In this document: in pieces, positions 42,977 through 53,488 of the stretch | Position numbering within the stretch: position 1 is the first letter of the stretch | How the letters are laid out: each line of letters starts with the position of its first letter | Source of the DNA: Methanobacteriota archaeon | GTDB taxonomy: Archaea > Methanobacteriota > Methanobacteria > Methanobacteriales > Methanobacteriaceae | Direction: 5' to 3' | Length of the DNA: 64,000 bases | Assembly: GCA_963787255.1 (NCBI GenBank) | Contig: CAWBCJ010000029.1 | Coordinates: forward strand, 672,001-736,000 | Position numbers and translations under genes: made by a program | The notes under the pieces: model-generated | Databases searched by the model: none | Told to the model about the DNA's origin: nothing | What the model saw: only the letters and a program-made list of their open reading frames with translations

Positions 42977-44110
42977 TTAAGCCCTCGAAAGTCCTTTGCT
43001 CAGGTCTTCAATTAAATCAGCAGAATCTTCCAGTCCAACGGAAAGCCTGATAAGGTCATCTGTAATTCCTGCACTTTTTCGAGCTTCTTCTTTCATTGAA
43101 GCGTGGCTCATTGTTGCGGCGTGTTCAACAAGTGAATCTGCTCCACCTAATGACTCCGCAAGGGAGAATATTTCTAAACTGTTTAGGAAATTTCTCAAAT
43201 CACCTTTGAGTTTAAATGATACTATTCCTCCAAATCCTTTCATCTGTTTTTTAGCTATTTCATGTCCTTTATGGGATGTAAGGCCGGGATAAAATACTTC
43301 ACTTACTTTAGGGTGTTCTAGTAGATATTCTGCTACTTCGTGAGCATTTGTGGCATGTTTGTCCATTCTAAGGGGGAGTGTTTTTAAACCTCTAAGCACT
43401 AACCATGAATCAAATGGTGCTGCATTTGTTCCAAGTCCGTTAAGGTTGAAATGAACTTTTTCTGCTAATTCTTCTGTTGTTGTTATTACAGCGCCGCCAA
43501 TAACATCTGAATGTCCGTTTATGTATTTAGTTGTTGAATGCATTACAATGTCGATTCCAAAGTCAATTGGCTTTAAAAAGTAGGGACTGGAGAATGTATT
43601 GTCGGTTACAGTAAGTAAATTGTGCTCTTTTGCGATTTTTGAGATTAACGCAAGGTCTGTAATGTTTAGAAGTGGATTTGAAGGTGTTTCTACCCATATG
43701 AGTTTAGTATTGGATTTTATTGCATTCTTTATTTTTTCCTCATCGTCAAGTCTTATAAATGTGAATTCAATTCCAAATTTGGTCATTATTTCTGAAAATA
43801 ACCTGAAAGTACCTCCGTAAAGGTCATCACATGCAATTACGTGATCACCAGCTTTTAGAATATGTATTACGGTTGTAATTGCGGCCATTCCACTTGAAAA
43901 TGCAAATCCTGCGTTTCCTCCTTCAAGATCTGCAAGGGCATCTTCCAGGGCGCTTCTTGTAGGATTACTTGTTCTTGAATAATCGTGCTTTTTGGGTTTT
44001 CTATAGTCATCAAAGATGAATGTTGACGTTTGCCAGATTGGTGTTGATATTGCACCGGTTGCAGGGCACGGCTGCCTGCCTGAGTGCACTGATTTTGTAT
44101 TAAACTTCAT
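42977..44110 (-). CDS. Cystathionine gamma-lyase/synthase family PLP enzyme (MetB/MetC/MccB)
   Basis: GAISTPIWQTSTF, YSRTSNPTR, SSGMAA, ETPSNP, DNTF, STTKYINGHSD, AESLGG, RLSVGLE. Confidence 0.9.
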   Translation of the reverse strand: MKFNTKSVHSGRQPCPATGAISTPIWQTSTFIFDDYRKPKKHDYSRTSNPTRSALEDALADLEGGNAGFAFSSGMAAITTVIHILKAGDHVIACDDLYGGTFRLFSEIMTKFGIEFTFIRLDDEEKIKNAIKSNTKLIWVETPSNPLLNITDLALISKIAKEHNLLTVTDNTFSSPYFLKPIDFGIDIVMHSTTKYINGHSDVIGGAVITTTEELAEKVHFNLNGLGTNAAPFDSWLVLRGLKTLPLRMDKHATNAHEVAEYLLEHPKVSEVFYPGLTSHKGHEIAKKQMKGFGGIVSFKLKGDLRNFLNSLEIFSLAESLGGADSLVEHAATMSHASMKEEARKSAGITDDLIRLSVGLEDSADLIEDLSKGLSRA

Positions 44111-44200
44111 ATTTTCCTCCTTATTCTATAAACATTAAGATTCAACTTTTAAAAAATTCGTATTTAACTCCTGTGGATTTTAAAAAAGCAACATGTTATA

Positions 44201-44228
44201 TTAACAATTGTTATATAACTATTGTTAT
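44201..44228. promoter_or_regulatory. Two abutting operators (TTAACAATTGTTAT, ATAACTATTGTTAT), with a degenerate third at 44188-44199, upstream of the cystathionine lyase/synthase
   Basis: Read directly. Confidence 0.8.
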
Positions 44229-44261
44229 ATGTTTTTCGGTTTTTAAACTCTAAATTAAATT

Positions 44262-45023
44262 TCATGACCTGTAAATTAATGCAACAAACCTTGAATAAAA
44301 CATAAGGATGTACGGTGCAATTACAAGTTGTGCTATTACAAAACCAATTATATTGACAGATTCAATTATTTCTTTTAATATAGGTCCCCCGATCACTACC
44401 ACGCCTAAAATTACAAAAAAGTATCCAATCAACAATCTTTTTAAACCTATCCTCATGATTTTTCTAGTTATCTCAATAAAACTAAAGGCTTGTTTAAAAT
44501 GACCGCCTTTAGACGCCATGTGAGGTATTGCAACTGTAAATAGTACGTCTGCAATAAATCCTAAAAGAAATCCAATAATTAAAATTAAAATAAGAGTATC
44601 ATCCGGCAGAGCAGGCATTCCTATATTTATTTCAGTAAAAAAATCGTCTAAGATTGCAAGAAAGATTATTGCAGGTATTAAAAAGTATATAAATCCAATA
44701 ATTATTTCATTTAGGCCGTGTTTAAACATATGAATAAAATTATTAAATTTTGGGAGTGTTTTAATTCCTAACAAGCTTTTTTCAATGACATTGAAAGTAT
44801 AACCTGCTTCTAGGATTGTAAAAAGGAGTACTATTATAAAAAATAGCAATATGGCTAATAATAAGCCAACATCACCAAAAAAATCGTCCAGAAAAAAGTA
44901 AAAATCATTGTACTGACTGAACAAAAAACTGCTAATTAAAATCATCAATCCCAACAAAAAAAACTGTTTTAATCCAGAAAATGGATATTTTGCTGCATCA
45001 TACAGGATTTCATATATTTTCAT
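44262..45023 (-). CDS. DUF4013-like integral membrane protein
   Basis: AAKYPFS, GY..VIEKSL...LPKFNNF..MFKHGL pattern; 6 TM segments. Confidence 0.75.
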   Translation of the reverse strand: MKIYEILYDAAKYPFSGLKQFFLLGLMILISSFLFSQYNDFYFFLDDFFGDVGLLLAILLFFIIVLLFTILEAGYTFNVIEKSLLGIKTLPKFNNFIHMFKHGLNEIIIGFIYFLIPAIIFLAILDDFFTEINIGMPALPDDTLILILIIGFLLGFIADVLFTVAIPHMASKGGHFKQAFSFIEITRKIMRIGLKRLLIGYFFVILGVVVIGGPILKEIIESVNIIGFVIAQLVIAPYILMFYSRFVALIYRS

Positions 45024-45230
45024 TGCTACTCCTTAAGACGATAATTAAATTAATGTGATTTTCTTATGCTCTATTGGAGTTTATGGTGCTTAAATGTTTT
45101 TATAAAATCAAAAATAGCACTTTATTCTATTTTCAGTCATTAATTAACATTTTTATTTGTTAAATATAAAAAATAAAATTTAATATTGCTTTTAGTAAAA
45201 AAATAAAAATTGATTAAAAAAATTATTTAA

Positions 45231-46370
45231 TCATGCAAACATATCTTTTGGTTCATTTTTTTCCTTTTTATGCAGTTTAAGTGCATATTCCATGTGTTCC
45301 CATGTTAACTTGGGATCGTCATTGGAAATTGCCTTGTGAAGCGCTGTTTTCAGAACTCTCTCTTTTATATCTCTTCCAGAAAGCCCTTTGGTTTCATTTG
45401 CAAGCCTTTCAATGTTTACATCTACTTTGTAAGGCATTGTTTGAATGTATTTTGCAAGCATTGCCTTTCTCTGTTCTTTATCTGGAATTTCAAATTCTAT
45501 CTCTTCTTCAAAACGGCTCCTTATTGCGAAATCAAGAAGGTTAGGATTATTAGTCGCACCTATGGTCACAACACCATAATTCTGTTCTATGCCATCCATT
45601 TCGGTTAGTAAAGCATTGACAACTTCTGAAACGTCTCCTCGAAGTGATTGATACTTTCTATCAAGGCCTATGGCGTCCATTTCATCTATAAATATAACTG
45701 CCGGTGCTGATTGTGCAGCAATTTCAAAAAGCTCGTGTATTTGTCTTGCACCGTCACCAACATGTTCCCCTATAAGTCTTGTTGCTTTAACTAAGAATAA
45801 AGGCACTTCAAGCTCGTTGGTAAGTGATTTAGCAAGCATGGTTTTTCCTGTGCCTGGCTGTCCATAAAAAAGAACATTACGCGGAGCCCATTCTTTGAAT
45901 TTATCTGGCTCCTGCAGGTACTTCATTATTATCTTACATTTGGTTTTGGCGCGTTCCTGTCCAATTACGTCGGCCATTTTCAGATTATTTTCTATTTTTT
46001 TATCTTCTTTGTCCCCTTCGCTCTCCATTAAGAGTATTGAAGTATTTATAGTTATCTGGGAATTATTTGGATGTGCAGTAATAATTTTGAATGCAAAATC
46101 TGGCAGTAACTTTTGATCAAAGAGAAAAGAGCCTTCATTTACTATATAACCTTCCCACTGTTCTCGAGCATAGAGTTCGAAAAGCTCCTTGTCGAATATT
46201 TCTATTTTTGGATTTTCAACTAGATTACAAAGGAAAGGATAACCGATTGATTTTAAAACCACTACTTTGGCCTCTTTTTTCGGTCCACTTGTACTTTGTG
46301 GCGTTTTTTTCTCTGCTATATATGAATCGGATACTATATTGTTAAATTTCACTAATACACCTTCCAGCAT
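45231..46370 (-). CDS. Archaeal AAA+ ATPase (COG1223-like)
   Basis: YAREQW N-domain, [41 protein letters not shown]. Confidence 0.85.
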   Translation of the reverse strand: MLEGVLVKFNNIVSDSYIAEKKTPQSTSGPKKEAKVVVLKSIGYPFLCNLVENPKIEIFDKELFELYAREQWEGYIVNEGSFLFDQKLLPDFAFKIITAHPNNSQITINTSILLMESEGDKEDKKIENNLKMADVIGQERAKTKCKIIMKYLQEPDKFKEWAPRNVLFYGQPGTGKTMLAKSLTNELEVPLFLVKATRLIGEHVGDGARQIHELFEIAAQSAPAVIFIDEMDAIGLDRKYQSLRGDVSEVVNALLTEMDGIEQNYGVVTIGATNNPNLLDFAIRSRFEEEIEFEIPDKEQRKAMLAKYIQTMPYKVDVNIERLANETKGLSGRDIKERVLKTALHKAISNDDPKLTWEHMEYALKLHKKEKNEPKDMFA

Positions 46371-46620
46371 TAAATAAATGCTTTCAAATTAATTTTTATG
46401 TCAAAAAAATCGTAGTTAATATAATATTTGTACATTTTCATTTAATGATATGTGCAGTAATTAATAAAAACTTTGGCCTTAATAAATCTTACAAAAAATT
46501 AATATTTTACATTTTCAAAAATAAATTTATTGCAAAAACCATAATATCAGTCAATGTATTCAATCAGTACATCTAAAACCGACTCTGTATTTTGGCTTTA
46601 TTTACAATTTTATTGCAAAA

Positions 46621-47457
46621 TTATTTTGGAATGTTGATAAATTCTTTTTTCATCTCGAGAGCGTCAATATCTAAAAGGGGAGTTTCACATATCATGGTGA
46701 GATTGTAGCCATTTTCAGAGATCAATTCAAGTAATGGAGTTAAAGGAGGTCCATAATTTTCATCTGCAAGTATATGATGCTTCCGCTCGCCGGCATCTGT
46801 ATATTCTATTTTTGTAAAGTGAGAATGAAGAGTTGAAAGTCCTAACTCTGCTTCAATTTTATCAAATATAGCTTTATAATCTTCTTGGGATCTAATACTT
46901 CCTCCAGATCGTGCATGCAAGTGTGCAAAGTCTACAGTTGGCGCAAAATTGTCAAATGATTGACAAATATTTATTAATTCTTCCAGAGAACCAAACTGTG
47001 ATTTTTTACCAGTTGTTTCCGGTGCAAAAGTGTAATTCTTTATTCCATCGCTTTCACATTTCTCTAAAAGCTCTTCTATGGCTTTTTTACACTTTTCCAT
47101 TGCCTCTTTTGGGGAATATTTTGTATAAAATCCCATATGAAAAACTATTCTGTATGCATTCAGCCAATCAGCAGCGTGGGCTGATTGAACAAGCCGAATT
47201 ATTGATTTTTCAATAGTTTCATCCTTCTGGGAGCATAAATTAATGTAATAAGGGGCATGCATGGAAACTAAAATATCATTTTTCTCTGCATTTTCTTTAA
47301 GTTTCAAACCCGGCTGTTTTGATATTCTAACGCCGTATGTGGCCTGATATTCAAAAGCATCGAGCCCCATCTCTTTTATATAATCACAAACGTTCTCTGT
47401 TTTTCCTTTGTAGCCCTTTGGTCTTCCTGCCGGTCCAAATCTTACTTGTGGTTTCAT
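46621..47457 (-). CDS. nfo: Endonuclease IV-family TIM-barrel protein
   Basis: [53 protein letters not shown]. Confidence 0.85.
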   Translation of the reverse strand: MKPQVRFGPAGRPKGYKGKTENVCDYIKEMGLDAFEYQATYGVRISKQPGLKLKENAEKNDILVSMHAPYYINLCSQKDETIEKSIIRLVQSAHAADWLNAYRIVFHMGFYTKYSPKEAMEKCKKAIEELLEKCESDGIKNYTFAPETTGKKSQFGSLEELINICQSFDNFAPTVDFAHLHARSGGSIRSQEDYKAIFDKIEAELGLSTLHSHFTKIEYTDAGERKHHILADENYGPPLTPLLELISENGYNLTMICETPLLDIDALEMKKEFINIPK

Positions 47458-47513
47458 TATATCACTATTTTTATTTTTAAATTAAGTAACATGTAGAATT
47501 ACGGGGTAACTAG

Positions 47514-48344
47514 TTATATTATTCTATTTTTTATTTCATATTTTTTGCATAACTTATTTGTCCTTAAAGCAAGCTCTTTTTGATACTTTTGGTGGGGATA
47601 GAAATTATTTCCAAATAACTTTTTAGTTTTTTCTAAAAGTTCAGGAAAATGAGTTTCAAGAGTTTTATAATAAACAGTCTTACAGTCAGTTGGTCCCTCT
47701 CCAAATAATGTTAAACCAGCAGTTAAAATAGAATCAGCACCATAATTTTTAGCTAAAACCACCATTTTCTCCATCTGTTTTTGTGAATCCGATAAAAACG
47801 GTAAAACAGGCATGAAACATACTCCTGTCCGGAATCCTTCATCCTTAAACTTTTTCATGGTTTCCAACCGTTCTTTTGGCGTTGGAGCGTTCGGTTCAAA
47901 AATTTTAGCCAGTTTTTCATCAGGAGTAGAAAACGAAAAAGATATTATGGCACCATCTCTTAACCGGGTCTTTAAATCTGGAGGTAAAATGGCATTTTCA
48001 TTAATTTTCTTTAAAACATCCATATCTCTTAAAACTAACTTAGATCTTGTTAAAATGCTAACTGGAAATTTAAATCTGGCTATTATCTGTAATAAGGACC
48101 TTGTTAGTTTTAATTCTTTTTCAATTTCAGGATAAGGCTCAGTAGATGATGCAATTACAATAATTCCATATTCATTGTTTTTTGTCATCCTTCTCAATTG
48201 TTTTTTCAGAATTTCAGCTGCATTTGCCTTAACCTTGAGTTTATGAGTAGCATCACCCCCATAATGACTTCCCCTAATATAGCAATATAAACAGTTAAAT
48301 GAGCATCCTGAAAATGGATTTAAGGTATAATCACTTAAAAACAA
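47514..48344 (-). CDS. Radical SAM protein, spore photoproduct lyase-like family; open frame extends upstream to about 48450
   Basis: LNPFSGCSFNCLYCY, STEPYPEIE, LTRSKLVLRD, FEPNAPTPKERL. Confidence 0.85.
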   Translation of the reverse strand: MFLSDYTLNPFSGCSFNCLYCYIRGSHYGGDATHKLKVKANAAEILKKQLRRMTKNNEYGIIVIASSTEPYPEIEKELKLTRSLLQIIARFKFPVSILTRSKLVLRDMDVLKKINENAILPPDLKTRLRDGAIISFSFSTPDEKLAKIFEPNAPTPKERLETMKKFKDEGFRTGVCFMPVLPFLSDSQKQMEKMVVLAKNYGADSILTAGLTLFGEGPTDCKTVYYKTLETHFPELLEKTKKLFGNNFYPHQKYQKELALRTNKLCKKYEIKNRII

Positions 48345-48489
48345 TGAGTCACGCTTTTTATGTTTGTTTAAAATAGACTTTACCTGAACTTCACTTACGG
48401 ATTTTTTAGCCAGATTTTTTCCAAAAAAATCAGTTAAAGTAGTGTTGCTAATTTTATCAAAACCATAATATTATTTTTGATATAAAAAG

Positions 48490-48843
48490 TTAATTTGACT
48501 TATTAAGCTCAATAGACTCTTCTAAAAGCTTTTTTATGTACTCATCATCAATCTCAGACATGGCTTTAATTTTAACATGCCTTAGTTTCTTTCCAGTACC
48601 CTCAAGAAGACTTTTAGGATCTTGAAGTTCTGTGCCACGCCAAAATTCAAGGTTCACATGATTTTTATGCATTAAAATAGCACAAACATATCCATTCTTT
48701 CCGTATACAAGATTTTTCCATTTTATGATCTCATCCATGTCTGGAAACATCTCTAAAATAAGATTACGCAATTTAAGGGCAAGCGCACTCATTTCAGAGT
48801 TGTAATTTTCTAAATATTCATTTATATCCACCCTTTTAGGCAT
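48490..48843 (-). CDS. DUF1801 (YdhG-like) protein
   Basis: LRNLILE...EIIKW, HVNLEFWRG..L.DPKSLLEGTGKKLRHVKI. Confidence 0.8.
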   Translation of the reverse strand: MPKRVDINEYLENYNSEMSALALKLRNLILEMFPDMDEIIKWKNLVYGKNGYVCAILMHKNHVNLEFWRGTELQDPKSLLEGTGKKLRHVKIKAMSEIDDEYIKKLLEESIELNKSN

Positions 48844-49014
48844 GATTTCACCTATTTAATTTAGTAAATTACATAAGTATAAAATTTTAGTTTCCTGACC
48901 AATTAATAGGCAATTTTCAACTTCACTAAATGTCCCTAAATGACGCATTATTCTCATGTACCTAACCTCTTCAACTTTAAGAAATTCAGTGATGTTTAAC
49001 TACTTTTTCAAGTA

Positions 49015-50151
49015 TTAGTATGGATCCCAGTCTTTAACTTCTTTATATTCTGGAAAATCACCGTATTCATATGTATCGAACATCTGACCCCAATTTGTCT
49101 TTTTATATTCTCCAATTTTCTTTTTACCCGTTGTAGGATACCATAATTTGTCGTGATAAAATTCTGAAGCAAATATAAAGGTTTTAAAGAGTGGTGAGTT
49201 GAATAAGATGTTGTGCAGCCACTTAATATTCATAGTACTTTTCCTTATTCGTTGATCCCACTTAACAACAGGACTTCTGCTTGTTTGAAATTTAAAATTC
49301 ATATTTTTTAAATCTCCCTTTTCCATTCCAACTATTTCAATCTGGTCAACATCTCCCATTCCCAGACCTTTATCGTGGGCCATTTTAATATAATCTATTT
49401 TTAATGGATCAAATCCCATTATTTTAGCTGCAAGAGCGTCTATCGCAACTTGATCTTCGCTTGCAAGAATTACATTTCCACAGAAAGGCTCCATTGTTCT
49501 TGGACCTGCACCATTTCCACAAACACATCCATCCATCACTGAAAATATTCCTTTGTGAATTTCTTTTTGAATTGAAAGCAAATCAACAAGGACTTCATGT
49601 ATCTTTTTATGGGCATGGTGCCTATATTTCGGAATTAAACCTCCAAAGGCATTTTTCATAGCTCCTGTGGTTGTAGTGTGGCCATGGGTTTTCACTGTTG
49701 GAAAATGAATTATATTAGAGCCGTAAAACATTTTGGGGACCCATACTTCTCCAAATATTTCATTCATGGCTAGCATTTCAGACTTTGGTTCATGAGAGAT
49801 CCATTCAACATCTGTCAGTGGCTGAAAATCTATTTTATGCTGATTTAAAAGAGGTAACCATTTATTGTAATATGCCCCTTTCCATGGATGAGTAACCACG
49901 GTCTGATTCTCTACAGCCACAATATCCTCGTATTTGTCGGTTTTTAATGCATTTAATACTCCTTCCAGCTGCCAGGGTGGTGTTGAACAAGCAGGATAAT
50001 AGAGGGTCCATGAAAGATTAAGCTTTAAAATAGTCTTATAATTTTTAGATAATGATTTTTCGTAATCTGCTTCGCGCATAATCTGGTTATAATCGTTGAT
50101 AACTGTTTCTGGTGATGTTTTCATCACCGTGACTTTTGACACTAATTTCAC
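49015..50151 (-). CDS. DUF362-family protein
   Basis: ILKLNLSW, PTVKTHGHTTTTGAMKNAFGG, SVMDG..GNGAGP, DQVAIDA..AKIMGFDP..IDYI. Confidence 0.8.
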   Translation of the reverse strand: MKLVSKVTVMKTSPETVINDYNQIMREADYEKSLSKNYKTILKLNLSWTLYYPACSTPPWQLEGVLNALKTDKYEDIVAVENQTVVTHPWKGAYYNKWLPLLNQHKIDFQPLTDVEWISHEPKSEMLAMNEIFGEVWVPKMFYGSNIIHFPTVKTHGHTTTTGAMKNAFGGLIPKYRHHAHKKIHEVLVDLLSIQKEIHKGIFSVMDGCVCGNGAGPRTMEPFCGNVILASEDQVAIDALAAKIMGFDPLKIDYIKMAHDKGLGMGDVDQIEIVGMEKGDLKNMNFKFQTSRSPVVKWDQRIRKSTMNIKWLHNILFNSPLFKTFIFASEFYHDKLWYPTTGKKKIGEYKKTNWGQMFDTYEYGDFPEYKEVKDWDPY

Positions 50152-50158
50152 CTCGTTA

Positions 50159-51091
50159 TTAATTTGAAGTTTCTTTAATAATTCTTTTTTTGAAAATTAA
50201 GTATACAAGGAATCCTAGGATTGCACCGTACCAGAGAGTTCCAAATCTTATTATTATGGCTACACCTACAGAAATTGTGGCTGTTAGTCCGAAATATTGC
50301 AGTAATCCTGAAAATGTTGCTTCTGCAACTCCAAGGCCGCCTGGAATCATGCTTACCGCACCTGCAAGTGATGCAAAGCTGAATATAAATGTTGATATTA
50401 ATACGCTGATGGATTCTCCAAAGCCGATGATAACAAAATAAAGAGCTAGGCATTCAAAAAACCATGCAAAAGCACTTAAAAATGACATCAAAGACATATT
50501 TTTAGGATTCATCACCTTTTCAAATGTTGTGTGCATTGTTTTAATGTCTTTAGAATATTTACCTGCCCTACCTTCAAGAATACTTATTATTTTGCCGGAA
50601 ATCCTTTTTGACTTTATTGTTATAAAAAATCCGATAAATAGCAATATAAGGATAATCAAAATGTAGGATCCTTCTTTATAATAAAGGATTCCAAGTGCAG
50701 AAAGTATTATCAGACCAGTTAAGTCTGTAACCCGGTCTATGATTACAACAGGAACTGTTTTACTTAAACTTTCACCATTTATGTCTTTTATAAGCCATCC
50801 TTTCCATATTTCTCCTACTTTTGCAGGGGTTATAATCATTCCCAGACCGCTGAAGAATACGAATAAATTATCTTTAAGGTTTAAATGCACATCAACACTT
50901 TTAAGGAAATAATTCCACTTTAAAAACCGGATAAAATAGGCTATGGTGGTTAAAATTATCATTAAAATGAAAAATATCCAGTTGAAATGCTTAATTGCAG
51001 ATAATAGATTTCCAAAATCCGCATATATACCCATTATTAAGTAAATAGCCACTGCAAAAAGAATAATCAGCCAGAACTTGTTTTTCGTCAT
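50159..51091 (-). CDS. Flippase-like membrane protein (UPF0104 / LPG synthase TM / AglD2-like)
   Basis: RFLKW, ITPAKVGE, DRVTD, SMIPGGLGVAE, IIIRFGTLW. Confidence 0.85.
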   Translation of the reverse strand: MTKNKFWLIILFAVAIYLIMGIYADFGNLLSAIKHFNWIFFILMIILTTIAYFIRFLKWNYFLKSVDVHLNLKDNLFVFFSGLGMIITPAKVGEIWKGWLIKDINGESLSKTVPVVIIDRVTDLTGLIILSALGILYYKEGSYILIILILLFIGFFITIKSKRISGKIISILEGRAGKYSKDIKTMHTTFEKVMNPKNMSLMSFLSAFAWFFECLALYFVIIGFGESISVLISTFIFSFASLAGAVSMIPGGLGVAEATFSGLLQYFGLTATISVGVAIIIRFGTLWYGAILGFLVYLIFKKRIIKETSN

Positions 51092-51145
51092 TGATTCACC
51101 ATCTTGGTTAAAACACCATAATTGCTCAAAAATGTTGATAGTAGA

Positions 51146-51778
51146 TTAAAAATATTTTCTCCTCAATTTCACTATCTTTGTTAGCACATGGTTTAATGGA
51201 GTTGATCTTTTTCCAAATACTTGTAGGTCATTTTTTAAAATAGCATTTTTGATGTCATCTTTTTCTATTATCACGCCAGCATTTCCAATTTCATTGGCAA
51301 AATGAGCATCGCTTCCACCAGTAACTCCAAAATTGTTTTTTTTAGCAAATAATTCTGCTTTCTTGTTGTATTTGTTATCTACACACCGTGAATTGAATAT
51401 TTCAATGTTATTTACTAGTTTATAATCTTCTTTTTTTAAAGATGCGGATTTACGCAGTTCATCAAATGGATGGGGGACAATTATTAGGCCATTTTGAGCT
51501 TTAATTTCATCTATAACATCATAAAAATTATTTGATTTTATTTCTTCTGATAAAAAGAGCCCAATTATTTCTCCTTTTGATGTTGATACTTCTGAACCGA
51601 TTATAACTTTAAAATCATCGGTTTCATATTTTTTTGCTTCTATTCCTCCTTTAATGGTATCGTGATCAGTTACTGCAATTCCTGAAAGGCCTCTTTTTCT
51701 TGCAACTTTGACTATTTTTTCTGGATTAAGAAATCCATCAGGGGAATGTTTTGAGTGAGAGTGAAGGTCATATTTCAT
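51146..51778 (-). CDS. PHP-domain phosphoesterase
   Basis: DLHSHSKHSPDG, AVTDHDT, GSEV, PHPFD, GGSDAHF. Confidence 0.88.
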   Translation of the reverse strand: MKYDLHSHSKHSPDGFLNPEKIVKVARKRGLSGIAVTDHDTIKGGIEAKKYETDDFKVIIGSEVSTSKGEIIGLFLSEEIKSNNFYDVIDEIKAQNGLIIVPHPFDELRKSASLKKEDYKLVNNIEIFNSRCVDNKYNKKAELFAKKNNFGVTGGSDAHFANEIGNAGVIIEKDDIKNAILKNDLQVFGKRSTPLNHVLTKIVKLRRKYF

Positions 51779-51789
51779 ATATTTAACTC

Positions 51790-53486
51790 CTAAAATTGTT
51801 TGGGACCCTGGAAAATTAATTCATTATTCTTAATTTGATTATCTTTAATATCTGAATAGTATATTTTTTTACCATCAGGCAAGTTAATGGTGTTTATCTT
51901 GATTTGAGATGTGATTTGGGGGAAGTAATTTGATTTGTCGCTTATTATCCATATAATTTTTTCTGTCGGATGTGTTTAATGGAATTTTGAATACATTAGA
52001 ATCTGCCCATTTGTTGGTGTGGTTTTCACCGTACCATGGGGATGTTATGAATCCTTCAGCCTCTATTAAATAATAAATTTGATAATTGGGCAAATAATAC
52101 ATGGCTTTACGCCAGCTGAAGCCTTCATTCCCTCTGTTTATCTCCCCTATGACGATAATGGTGTTATCTTGATTAGATCCAGGAACTTTTGATATGGCAT
52201 CAAGATAAACCTGAGTGCTGTGGTCATTTGAATTTATTTTCTCATTATTATACATGAATGACGTGTCAATTCCCCATAAAACTCCTTCATAAGTATTCAT
52301 ACTGCTGATTGGAGTTTCCCAAAGTTTCTCTTCGTTTATATTATATGGGAACAGGAAGAATGCTGAGTTAAATATTATAATAACTGCAAGCAATATTGCT
52401 AGCCATTTTTTTGGGGAATAATTATCATATTTATCAATTAAACATTTAGAAAGCTCGTTTACAAAGTATGCTAAAATAATGGCCAGAACAGGCACATATA
52501 CAAGCATATATCCCGGTTTAGCTAAATGTACTAGAATATAAACAAGTGAAGCAGGCAATATCCATAAACTGATAAATATTATCTTTGGATTTTTAATATT
52601 AAGACGGAATAAATGTATAGGGCCTATGCCCTGATATTTATTGTATAATGTTATCAAAATGATTCCAATAAATGTTAATCCTAGACCCGCTCCATGCAAG
52701 ATATGCTCCAATGGCTGAAAGTCGATTGACAATGCTTGATCCAAAGATAAGGGAAGATCTGGGGAAGCACATTTGGTATAAAGTAGCAGATGCATGGGAA
52801 TATTGCTCATAGCCTCCTGAAAAAATGATAGTAGGAATGAACCAGACTAAAACGGTAGGTATGAGCACTAATAATGCTTTTAAAAATCTTAAAGGATCTC
52901 TATTTTTATAGAATAGGCAGAATAACCATAATGGAAACATAAATACTATTAAATCTTGCCTAAAACCGCCTGCAAGGCCAAGAGCAAGTATAGAAGGATA
53001 AAAATACTTTTCTTTTCCCTTAAATACTCCATAGGATAAAAATGCAATTAGAGAAGCAAAAAATGCTTCGCTTGGATAAATTGTGGCTATTTCTCCATAA
53101 TACCAGAACAATGGGTTAAATATCAGCAAAATGGAAGCTATAACAGCAACTTGCATTGAAAACATTTCCTTAGCAAGGAAATAAATCAATACAACTGTTA
53201 GAACGCTAAAGAGAATGCTAATAAATATCATTGTATTATTGGGGTCGCTGAAAAGCGTATTTAGAGCTTTTCCAAGACCTACATAGAATATATAGCCTGG
53301 AGGGTGGGGCTGGTGGTTTAAAATATTGAAATTTTCAAATCCAAGTGCGTAATTAATGGAATCCCATTCGTAAAGGTATTTGCTTACAAAGGGAATTCTT
53401 GTAATTACTACCAAAATACTTAAAAGTGCAGAAATGAGTACATCCATACTTCGTGAACTTAAATTTAGATGAAATTTATTTGACAT
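51790..53486 (-). CDS. GT-C fold integral membrane glycosyltransferase (DUF2723/ArnT/PMT-like), two apparent frameshifts
   Basis: EWDSINYALG acidic first loop, HPPGYIFY, FNPLFWYY, multiple TMs, extracytoplasmic C-domain; joins ORFs 52638-53486 and 51884-52810 plus a tail to the stop at 51790. Confidence 0.75.
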
Positions 53487-53488
53487 CT

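Noticed and set aside
18500-45200. Integrative mobile element or provirus using tRNA-Cys as attachment site
   Set aside because: No integrase, transposase or phage genes, no duplicated tRNA 3' end seen, and the tRNA is in the middle of the cluster
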